A stretch of 64,000 nucleotides of DNA, taken from NCBI GenBank assembly GCA_947494155.1, contig CANLTW010000001.1, positions 151,971 to 215,970 of the forward strand, read 5' to 3'. Source of the DNA: Chlamydiota bacterium. Lineage in GTDB: Bacteria > Chlamydiota > Chlamydiia > Chlamydiales > RGXB01. The translations under genes and the position numbers were made by a program. The stretch's first letter is position 1; the number at the start of each line of letters is the position of its first letter. The notes under the pieces were generated by a model. The model was not told the DNA's origin. It searched no databases and worked only from the letters and a program-made list of their open reading frames with translations. Below, one piece after another: positions 28,239 to 36,345 of the stretch.

Positions 28239-29276
28239 ATGAAAATCTTTGTGATTAGAATTGGTTTCTTTTTTTTATTTTGGACATGCAGTCTTAACGC
28301 AAAAGCACCCGATAGCTGGGGCAAAACCCATTACATTTGGAATTTAGGTTTGAGGCAAGAATGTGATGTGGGGGTAGACTGTGAGCCAAATGAGTATTTC
28401 TCAGCGAGTGAGTTTCTCTATAAAAAAGAAAACTATCAGAGGATTAAAGATGGGGATATTGTTTGGATAAGACCCCCCTTTTTAAAACCTTTCTACAACG
28501 ACTTTATAGAAAACTTAGACAAAGAAATTGTTCTTGTAATTTGTGATGGGGATGAGTCTTTTCCGAAAAATTGTGGCTTGAGCCCAACAGAGCTGGAGAA
28601 TCTTTTAGCGTCTCCTTATGTGCTGCATGTGTTTACGCAAAATTTTGACTATAAAGGTCCTTCCAAAAAAGTCTCCCCAATTCCTATAGGGATAGATTTT
28701 CATTCGGTTGCTTTCAAAGGGGGTTATTGGGGAATGACAGGCTCTCCTGCACATCAAGAGCAGGTTCTAGAAAAGATCCTCCAAACTTCATGTCCTACAA
28801 GAAATAGAAAAAAAAGAGCTTTCGTCGATTTTCAGCATAGCGAATCGATGCGTGCTAGTTTCGCAAGATATAAAGAGTTTGGGGAAGATAGAGCCAGTAT
28901 ATTTGAAAAAATTAAGAACAGCGGTGTGGTAGACAGCTCGTCAAGATACCCTCGAGAAGCGCTATGGAGAAAAAAAAGCGAGTATGCTTTTTCCATAAGT
29001 CCTTGGGGAAATGGATTGGATTGTCATAGAACATGGGAAGATCTAGTGTTAGGTTGTATCGTAATTGTTAAAACCTCCTCTTTGGATCCCCTCTACGAGG
29101 GTTTACCCGTTGTTATAGTGAATGACTGGGATGAAATTCACGAGGAAAATTTGAATAAATGGTTTCAAATCTATCAAGACGCGTCTGAAAATGGGAATTT
29201 TAGAGAAAAATTAACCCACAAATACTGGATGAAAAAAATCGTTGCAAAAACGAAATTTATAAATACCTTTTCATAA
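28239..29276 (+). CDS. Exported exostosin-like (GT47-related) glycosyltransferase
   Basis: Signal peptide ending SLNA; PIPIGID, FSISPWGNGLDCHRTWEDLVLGCIVIV, LPVVIVNDW. Confidence 0.65.
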   Translation: MKIFVIRIGFFFLFWTCSLNAKAPDSWGKTHYIWNLGLRQECDVGVDCEPNEYFSASEFLYKKENYQRIKDGDIVWIRPPFLKPFYNDFIENLDKEIVLVICDGDESFPKNCGLSPTELENLLASPYVLHVFTQNFDYKGPSKKVSPIPIGIDFHSVAFKGGYWGMTGSPAHQEQVLEKILQTSCPTRNRKKRAFVDFQHSESMRASFARYKEFGEDRASIFEKIKNSGVVDSSSRYPREALWRKKSEYAFSISPWGNGLDCHRTWEDLVLGCIVIVKTSSLDPLYEGLPVVIVNDWDEIHEENLNKWFQIYQDASENGNFREKLTHKYWMKKIVAKTKFINTFS

Positions 29277-29417
29277 AAAAGAGAAAAACAAACCTCCTGG
29301 GAGTACTATAGAAACTATTTTACCCTTTTTTTTCAAAAAATGTTTCCTCTAATTGGGATCTTTTGTAAATAGAAGTTAAGTGTAAAAAATACTGTTTTAA
29401 ATTCTATAGGATTTACC

Positions 29418-30587
29418 ATGAACAGAAAAATATCAAGTTGTTTACCGGTGCTGTTCGTGACAGCCGGTCTATTTGGGGCAGCAGGCAACAGCTCCAGTAA
29501 TACAAAGGAGGCGATCCAAGATTGCGCACCCTTATGTTACGCAAGCCCCATTTTTGAATGTGAATCGCCTTGGGAGGTTTACGGAGGGGCGATTTACCAG
29601 CAGTTTAGAACCCAATCGCAAGAAATTGCTGTTCTCACTCAAGACACAGCTCAACAACCATTCAACCAGACTAACACAAACGGTTACTACCCTGCTCCCT
29701 CCTATCCTTTGAATGGCACAGGGATAGAAAATATGGAAGATTTCGGTTGGGGTGCAAGAATAGGATTTGGTTACAGAACTTGGTACGATGACTGGAAGGT
29801 CAATCTCCGCTACACGTACTTAAAAATTACAACCAATTATCCCTCTCCAAACCTATCCTACGGGATGGGTTATAATCCCTCAGGATACGCAAACCAAATA
29901 ATAAATGGGCAAACCTTACTTCCTAGTCCCCAATTCCAACCATCTGGAGGACAGGTCTCCCAAAGATCCCTTTTTAGAAACTTGGATTATGGTGTCAGCA
30001 CGATTTTTAATGATGTGAACATCTCTATTTCTCGCCCCACAAAGATCAGTAAAGATTTGGAAATAACTACCTATTTGGGATTTGATGTTTCTTTTTTTAC
30101 TAGACGAGCAAACCCTGTATTCACAAATGCTTTTGATGGTGGTTACGCCTTATCGCAGGGACTTTTCTTTCAGAACTATCAAAAAATCTCCTGGTGGGGA
30201 GTGGGGCCGATGATTGGTCTTCATTCAAGTTGGTATCTCGCCTATGATTGGAGTTTTTATGGGGACGCTTTTACTTCTCTTGAGTATGGACTCTCTTCGT
30301 CAAGAACATCTACCTTCTCTAGGACAAGTCAGCAGACCACAACAAGAGAGGCAACGCTTCAAAACTTTCTTTATCAATACAGCCCAAACTACCATTTTGC
30401 TTTAGGGTTTTCTTGGATGAAAATTTTAGAAGAATTTGACACAAAAATCACCTTCAACATTGGTTACGAGACTACATATTTTAGTCAGGTGATCAAACCT
30501 CTTATTCCTGAATTGAACTACAAAACAACAAATGGCGCAGGTCTAGGTTTACAAGGTCTTGTGTTACAAGGTACAGTGGATTTCTAA
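29418..30587 (+). CDS. MOMP-like outer-membrane beta-barrel protein, paralog 6
   Basis: Signal peptide, DCAPLC...C, FQNYQKISWWGVGP, GLQGLVLQGTVDF. Confidence 0.8.
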   Translation: MNRKISSCLPVLFVTAGLFGAAGNSSSNTKEAIQDCAPLCYASPIFECESPWEVYGGAIYQQFRTQSQEIAVLTQDTAQQPFNQTNTNGYYPAPSYPLNGTGIENMEDFGWGARIGFGYRTWYDDWKVNLRYTYLKITTNYPSPNLSYGMGYNPSGYANQIINGQTLLPSPQFQPSGGQVSQRSLFRNLDYGVSTIFNDVNISISRPTKISKDLEITTYLGFDVSFFTRRANPVFTNAFDGGYALSQGLFFQNYQKISWWGVGPMIGLHSSWYLAYDWSFYGDAFTSLEYGLSSSRTSTFSRTSQQTTTREATLQNFLYQYSPNYHFALGFSWMKILEEFDTKITFNIGYETTYFSQVIKPLIPELNYKTTNGAGLGLQGLVLQGTVDF

Positions 30588-30611
30588 TCAACTAAAACGT
30601 TTAACAAAGAA

Positions 30612-30642
30612 GATTCCGGCTCATAAGGCCGGAATTTTTTTT
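30612..30642 (+). terminator. Intrinsic terminator
   Basis: GATTCCGGCT-CATAA-GGCCGGAATTTTTTTT. Confidence 0.88.
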
Positions 30643-30796
30643 GATAAAATATTAAAAACTAATGCTGAAGAAACGGCTGAAAGAGCATTTTGAGCAGTTT
30701 TTCAAACATAAACCTTTTTTTTAAAAAACGGTTTTTGTAAATGGAAGATAACAGATAAAGCCGTATTAAAAGCTAAAACCCTTTCAAAGGTGAGTC

Positions 30797-31906
30797 ATGA
30801 GTCTAAATAAAATTAGAATTCTTCCGATGGTTGTCGCATCAGCAGGTCTTTTTGCCGCGAGTGCGCCAAATCAAAAAAAGATCGATAAAAATGAAGCAAG
30901 AGATTGCAGTTATCTCTGTGTTCCCAGTCCTATGCAAGAGTGCGACGCGCCGTGGGATCTTACGGCAGCCGCCACCTATCAACAAGTGCGCGTGCAAGGT
31001 GCAGATCAGGCGCTAATACAAAACGATCGATTAAACTTTTTTTTCCCTTCAGGCGGGCTTGGAGTGCAGCCTTACGATGATTTTGCCTGGGGTTTTCAAG
31101 TGGGTGCGGGCTATACCGACTATGAAAGAAGCTGGAGATTTGCTGCAGATTATAACTACTTTAAAGCTATTTTCAATAAGCCTCTAGATCTGTCTTACGG
31201 TCAAGCCTTTGTCCCTTCTGCTTACGCTAACGTTGTTTTGGATAGCAACATCGGAGCTTTGGGTTTTAATAACCTCCAATTAGGAAACTATACCCTTTTC
31301 AACAATGTGGATTTGACGGTACAAAGACCTAGTATGATCACACCGAATCTAGAATTTACCACACTTTTTGGGTTTGATGTACAATTCTTACAAAGACGAC
31401 AGCTTTCTGTCTTTACAAATGGTGTGACCGATACTACCACTGTGGGATTTATCTCTTCTTTAGGCGGTTACTTTCAAAACTACCAAAAATATACCTGGTG
31501 GGGCGTAGGACCTGAGGTTGGATTCCATTCGAATTGGAACTTGGGATCGAACTTCTATTTCTTTTTCGATGGAAAAGGTTCCCTCTCTTATGGTCTATCC
31601 TGTATGAGAGCAGCGACTTTTGCTAAAAGGGTTCTCACTGCTCCACTCCTGACTTATGATCAACGTGAGGCTGCTGTGCAGAACTACATGTATCAGTGGT
31701 CACCGGCAATGAAATATCTTTTGGGTATATCCTGGTCAAAAGTACTGGATTCTAGCGAATCCAGGCTTACCATGAGACTTGCCTACTCCTCTCAGTACTT
31801 TTTCTATCTAATGAGATCGGTGAATCCAGAGGGGTACTATCGCTCTGAAAACGGTGCTGGTTTCGGATTGCAAGGGCTTATTTTGAGCGCTTCGATCGAC
31901 TTCTAA
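30797..31906 (+). CDS. MOMP-like outer-membrane beta-barrel protein, paralog 7
   Basis: Signal peptide, DCSYLC...C, FQNYQKYTWWGVGP, GLQGLILSASIDF. Confidence 0.8.
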   Translation: MSLNKIRILPMVVASAGLFAASAPNQKKIDKNEARDCSYLCVPSPMQECDAPWDLTAAATYQQVRVQGADQALIQNDRLNFFFPSGGLGVQPYDDFAWGFQVGAGYTDYERSWRFAADYNYFKAIFNKPLDLSYGQAFVPSAYANVVLDSNIGALGFNNLQLGNYTLFNNVDLTVQRPSMITPNLEFTTLFGFDVQFLQRRQLSVFTNGVTDTTTVGFISSLGGYFQNYQKYTWWGVGPEVGFHSNWNLGSNFYFFFDGKGSLSYGLSCMRAATFAKRVLTAPLLTYDQREAAVQNYMYQWSPAMKYLLGISWSKVLDSSESRLTMRLAYSSQYFFYLMRSVNPEGYYRSENGAGFGLQGLILSASIDF

Positions 31907-31937
31907 AAAGAGAAATAATCTTAAGGTTATTGAAAAC

Positions 31938-31964
31938 AAAGGACCCTTTTTTAAGGGTCTTTTT
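31938..31964 (+). terminator. Intrinsic terminator
   Basis: AAAGGACCCTT-TTTT-AAGGGTCTTTTT. Confidence 0.8.
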
Positions 31965-32063
31965 CTTTTTTAAAACGGCTTGAGAAGACTGCTTAGATTC
32001 TGTTTTTTTGTTTTTCAAATATTTTATTGAACATAAAAGGTTGAATCTCTAGAAGAGGGTGTT

Positions 32064-33236
32064 ATGGTCAAAAACACTCCCTATCTATTTGGAGGTGCCC
32101 TCACGATTAGTTCCATCGTTTGTCTCTCTTTTATAACCCCTTTAAAGGAGGTTTTTTTTAAAGATCATCATCTAATTTTAGCCCAAAACGGTTGTAAAAG
32201 CTCTTTAGAGAATCGAGATGGAATTGAACCTTGTACTGAGGGGAAATATCTAGCTTACGCAGCCCCCCTGGTAGGGTGCACCTATTCGTACGACTTGTCT
32301 TGTGCAGCTACTTATCAAATCTCCTCAGTCCAAGGAGTCGATATTGCCTGTATTACTAACGATCGCACTAACGTTTATTACCCTGTTGGTGGATTAGGTA
32401 TTCAACCCCCCGAAATTCTCGCGTGGGGATTTAAAGTGCAATTGGGGCATAAATTAGAACAAACCGACTGGGTAGTGCGTACTGAGTACAATTATTATAA
32501 AGCTGTAGCCAATTCAGGGACAAGAGTGCCTTACGGCCAGGGATTTTCCCCGTCAGCGTATGTAAATACTCAAGTGGATAAAAAACTTCCCGTATATACT
32601 ATTTTTTCAAACCTTGATATGGGGACATCTACTTTTCTGAATAATTTTCGGCTGAACATATCACGTCCCAGCAGGATCACCCCCCATTTGGAATACACAA
32701 CCCAACTAGGTTTCGAAGCGAATTTTTTCCAAAGAAGACAACTTAGTGTATTTTCCAACGCTGTCGGTGATACAACGACAGGGTATGTTTCTAATCTCGG
32801 AGGGTTTTTTCAAAATTATCAAAAATTCTCCTGGTGGGGATTGGGACCAAGTATAGGTTTAACCTCACGTTGGGATCTGGGGAGTTATTTTTATTTTCTT
32901 GCTAATGGGTATGGTGCAATCACCTACGGAAATTCTTACTCTAGAACTGCAACCTTTAGTAAAAGAGTGATAGGAACCGCTACATTTGATGCACGCGAGG
33001 CTGCTGTTCAAAATGGGATGTCCCAGTTTGCCCCCTCAATGCGCTATCAAATGGGTTTAGAATATTGCTATTTATCTCAAGGGAGCGAAAGTCAGGTTAA
33101 TTTTGAAATTGCGTATGAGACGGCCTACTACTTTAATTTAATCCGTACGATTACCCCTGAAGGGGCGTTTCGAGGGGAAAATGGGGCAGGTTATGGACTA
33201 CAGGGGTTGATTTTACAGGCCGGCATTACATTTTGA
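32064..33236 (+). CDS. MOMP-like outer-membrane beta-barrel protein, paralog 8 (atypical N-terminus)
   Basis: WGFKVQLG, FQNYQKFSWWGLGP, GLQGLILQAGITF; most similar by eye to paralog 7. Confidence 0.78.
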   Translation: MVKNTPYLFGGALTISSIVCLSFITPLKEVFFKDHHLILAQNGCKSSLENRDGIEPCTEGKYLAYAAPLVGCTYSYDLSCAATYQISSVQGVDIACITNDRTNVYYPVGGLGIQPPEILAWGFKVQLGHKLEQTDWVVRTEYNYYKAVANSGTRVPYGQGFSPSAYVNTQVDKKLPVYTIFSNLDMGTSTFLNNFRLNISRPSRITPHLEYTTQLGFEANFFQRRQLSVFSNAVGDTTTGYVSNLGGFFQNYQKFSWWGLGPSIGLTSRWDLGSYFYFLANGYGAITYGNSYSRTATFSKRVIGTATFDAREAAVQNGMSQFAPSMRYQMGLEYCYLSQGSESQVNFEIAYETAYYFNLIRTITPEGAFRGENGAGYGLQGLILQAGITF

Positions 33237-34262
33237 TTCACTCTCAAAAGAACCTATTTTTTTAGATTCCGTTTCCCCGTTTTCGAACGTGAGTGAGGAG
33301 AAATCAAAAGAGATTAGATGATGAAACATCTCTTCAAGAGTTTGTGAGCGATTCACAAGATCCCTAAGCTGTTTAGCTCCTTGTAAATCTCTTAAATACC
33401 AACAAGCGACTCGCCGTAGACTAAGTAGAGCTTTGCGCGGCGATTCGTAATGCACAATCTCTTGGTAATGCTCTAGTAGTGTATTTTTAATGAGCCACGG
33501 GGTTACCTGAAATTCTTTTTTTTCGTTCAGGGCTTCGACAATTTCTTGGTGAATCCAGGGTTTACCCATAGTCCCTCTTGCAACAAGAATCCCACTACAA
33601 CCCCTATCCAGAAGATCTTTTGCCGATAGGGGGTCGAAAATATCTCCGTTTCCGATGATATGAATAGATTTTGCATGATTAACGGCCTCTTGAATAAGAT
33701 CCCTATTAGAAAAACCTCTATAGCCCTGCTCACGGGTGCGTCCATGGATGGTCAATGCAGTTACACCTGCTGCTTCAGCAAGTTCAACCATTTTTAAATG
33801 GATTAGATTTTTTTCGTCCCATCCCACACGTATTTTCACTGTAACCGGAATCGCTACACTTTTGACCATCTCACCTAAAATTAGAAAAAGCTTATCTAAA
33901 GTCTTTAAAAGAGCCGATCCGCTACCGTCTTTGGTTACTTTGTCCACAGGACAGCCACAGTTTAAATCAACGACATCGAAACCAAGATCTTCGACGATTT
34001 TAGCCGCTGTAGGTGCTATTTTGGGATCGGAACCGCATAGTTGCGCCCCGATAGGGTGCATCGAGGGGTCAAAATCCAAAAAACGGTAAGTCGAGGACTC
34101 CTTACGGACCAAAGCCTCCATTTTACACATCTCTGTAAACATCAGTCCCGGTTTGTATTTAGCGCTCATACGTCGAAAGGGGTAGTCCGAGCAACCTGCA
34201 AGGGGTGCATACCAGACATTTGAGGGGAGATGAAGTTTTTTTAGAGTTAGGGGTTTGATCAT
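33213..34262 (-). CDS. dusB: tRNA-dihydrouridine synthase
   Basis: APLAGCSD, DLNCGCP, VTVKIRVGW, IHGRTR, IGNGDI. Confidence 0.93.
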   Translation of the reverse strand: MIKPLTLKKLHLPSNVWYAPLAGCSDYPFRRMSAKYKPGLMFTEMCKMEALVRKESSTYRFLDFDPSMHPIGAQLCGSDPKIAPTAAKIVEDLGFDVVDLNCGCPVDKVTKDGSGSALLKTLDKLFLILGEMVKSVAIPVTVKIRVGWDEKNLIHLKMVELAEAAGVTALTIHGRTREQGYRGFSNRDLIQEAVNHAKSIHIIGNGDIFDPLSAKDLLDRGCSGILVARGTMGKPWIHQEIVEALNEKKEFQVTPWLIKNTLLEHYQEIVHYESPRKALLSLRRVACWYLRDLQGAKQLRDLVNRSQTLEEMFHHLISFDFSSLTFENGETESKKIGSFESESKCNAGL

Positions 34263-34504
34263 AAAAAATGCCTCAAAAAGGTTTGCAAACCTTGTAAAAG
34301 AAAGAGGGCAAAAAGGGGCGAGAGATCAAGAATCCCTCCGATAGGTGGTATCTGTTTTTTAAAAAAAAGGAGATAAGGGTCGGTGATTTTTTCTATCCAG
34401 GAGGCCAACGTGTACTTTCTGAGTTCAGGTAGCCACGAGAGAATGATTCGAAGCATAAGACAAAACCCGTAAAGGGTTAGTAAGGGGTCAATCCAAGAAA
34501 GCAT
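34259..34504 (-). CDS. yggT: YggT family membrane protein
   Basis: RIILSWLP, TDPYL...IPPIGGILDLSP. Confidence 0.9.
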   Translation of the reverse strand: MLSWIDPLLTLYGFCLMLRIILSWLPELRKYTLASWIEKITDPYLLFFKKQIPPIGGILDLSPLFALFLLQGLQTFLRHFL

Positions 34505-34637
34505 ATTGGTCCTTATCCTTTAATTGTGCTATTCTTTTTATTAAGAGAGCGACCCCTAATCTTAAAAACGCAAGTCGACATTTTTTTAGGAAGCTTCCTC
34601 AATAAACACCATCTAGAATAACCGATTATCGAAATCT

Positions 34638-35762
34638 ATGAAAGCGATTGGGACATCTTTTTTTGGGGCAGAACCGCTGAGAGCCCTTTTGGCTAAGGAC
34701 GGCTTGAGTTTTACCGTTTATCAAAAAGAGAATTTAACAGTTCAGCAACAGCCGCTTAAAGCCCTTGCAATCGATTTTTTCGATACCAAGGTGCGTTTCT
34801 ATCCTTTACCAAAAACAAAGAGCCATACGCAAAAAAAACTTCTATTTACAAGGCTGTCGAGTGATTTGATGCTCGATCTAGACTTGTTAAAGGTTTCTTT
34901 TAAAAATGCACCATTGGGAGTCGAGGTACATTTAGTCGAAAAAAAATTGCTGGAGCCGTTAAAAAAAGAGTTTGACTTTATTACGAGCGCTGAGCAGGCC
35001 CTATTTCGCTACTTGCGCGATTTTAAAGGGGTAAAAGAATCTGTATTAGTCCTTGTGGATCGGGAAAAACAGACTTTATGTCTATACTATACCCCTAATC
35101 GTTGGGTGGCTTTTGCAACGGTGGACAACTGCCCTAAAAATCACGAGGCTATCCAAAAACATTGGGGTTTAGAAAAAGTTTTTTTTCTAGGCATAGATTC
35201 TTTAGAAAAAACAAAGGAGTGCCTGCCAAAAGAAACTCTGCCGCTAGAGGCTCTTGCGATTGGAGCTGCAATCGAAGCTTTAGATACTGAGGGGGTATTT
35301 TTTCATGAGCCTTTAGAAAATGGGGATTTTCGAAAAGAGCTTTTAAAAAAGAGCAAAAATTTCTCTCTTCTTCTAAGCTTGATATTTGCCTCTTTGTGTA
35401 TTTTTTTTGAAATTCATACGCAATTCAAAAGCAAACAGATTGAGCGGGAAATTCTTGTGTATCAGCAGCTGGAGGATTTTCCAAAACAGCCCACAAAAAA
35501 TCCGAAAAAAGTCAGCTTGCTGCTTAAAGAGCTGAGTAGTTCTTTAGAGCCGTTCGGACTTGAGCTAATCGAGTGCGAAGTACAACAGGAACTAATAGAA
35601 AAAAAACCCTATCTAGAGATGAGATTTCGTATCGATGGGGAGAGTCAACAAATGGAAAAATATGAGCAGTCGGTCAGAAAAATTTCCTCATCCATTTTTT
35701 CAAAAATGCAGCCTATACCTGAGGAAAAAAAGGGGGCTTTTAGCCTCAGAATTCCTATTTGA
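34638..35762 (+). CDS. Hypothetical bitopic membrane protein (syntenic with CT646); possibly GspL/PilM-PilN-like
   Basis: Large N-terminal domain, single TM (LLLSLIFASLCIFF), ~110-aa C-terminal domain. Confidence 0.5.
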   Translation: MKAIGTSFFGAEPLRALLAKDGLSFTVYQKENLTVQQQPLKALAIDFFDTKVRFYPLPKTKSHTQKKLLFTRLSSDLMLDLDLLKVSFKNAPLGVEVHLVEKKLLEPLKKEFDFITSAEQALFRYLRDFKGVKESVLVLVDREKQTLCLYYTPNRWVAFATVDNCPKNHEAIQKHWGLEKVFFLGIDSLEKTKECLPKETLPLEALAIGAAIEALDTEGVFFHEPLENGDFRKELLKKSKNFSLLLSLIFASLCIFFEIHTQFKSKQIEREILVYQQLEDFPKQPTKNPKKVSLLLKELSSSLEPFGLELIECEVQQELIEKKPYLEMRFRIDGESQQMEKYEQSVRKISSSIFSKMQPIPEEKKGAFSLRIPI

Positions 35763-36345
35763 GAGAAAAAATTTTTTTTGGGTCCAATTTTTTGGATTCC
35801 CTCTTATCCCTATTTTAGCGGCCGTAGTATTTGTCCTAATATCCCGGATATCCTATGCAAGGTGGGAAAAATCTTTAGAAGAGAAGAAAGAAAGGCTGTA
35901 TGGAGCTTTCTTGGAAAAGGGGCGCTACGAGGTTTTTTTCCAACAATATCCTCAAAAACAGAGCTTTGATCTAGAAAAAGCCCTCTTGTCGTTGACATTT
36001 CTTTTAAATCTAGAGAAGAAGGTAGAGGAGTTCCCCCTTTTAAAAAAAACCCCTTTTGCGGACAAAAAAATTTGGGATCAAAAAATTCTTTTCAAGAATG
36101 GTAAAACGAGAATGCAAAGCCCTTATATGTACATCGAAAAGAGTTTCGAGAAACCGGTTTTTATGGATCAAGAAGATCTGCTCGTTTTTTTAAAAAAAAT
36201 TGAAGAGACCACTCCGGAGGGATTTTCCTCAATTGGTGCGGGGGAGTTGTTTTTTCGCTATTTCCATATGAAAAAAACGAAAAATCCCCTTGGGACATTT
36301 TATCTTGTAGATGCTAAAATTACCGAGAAAAGAGGGGCTTTATGA
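35635..36345 (+). CDS. Hypothetical bitopic membrane protein (syntenic with CT647); possibly GspM/PilO-like; start uncertain
   Basis: TM FFGFPLIPILAAVVFVLI, coiled coil, C-terminal VFMDQEDLLVFLKKIE...FFRYFHMKK; ATGA overlap with the next gene. Confidence 0.55.
   Translation: MGRVNKWKNMSSRSEKFPHPFFQKCSLYLRKKRGLLASEFLFERKNFFWVQFFGFPLIPILAAVVFVLISRISYARWEKSLEEKKERLYGAFLEKGRYEVFFQQYPQKQSFDLEKALLSLTFLLNLEKKVEEFPLLKKTPFADKKIWDQKILFKNGKTRMQSPYMYIEKSFEKPVFMDQEDLLVFLKKIEETTPEGFSSIGAGELFFRYFHMKKTKNPLGTFYLVDAKITEKRGAL

Noticed and set aside
19453..33236. CRISPR, DGR or invertase-driven shuffling as an explanation of the repeats in the porin array
   Set aside because: The repeats are coding motifs of paralogs. 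No spacer-repeat periodicity, reverse transcriptase, site-specific recombinase or inverted cassettes are present.
35726..35732. In-frame A_AAA_AAG slippery heptamer near the end of the CT646-like gene
   Set aside because: A -1 shift hits TAG within three codons, and the downstream ORF is in the +1 frame.
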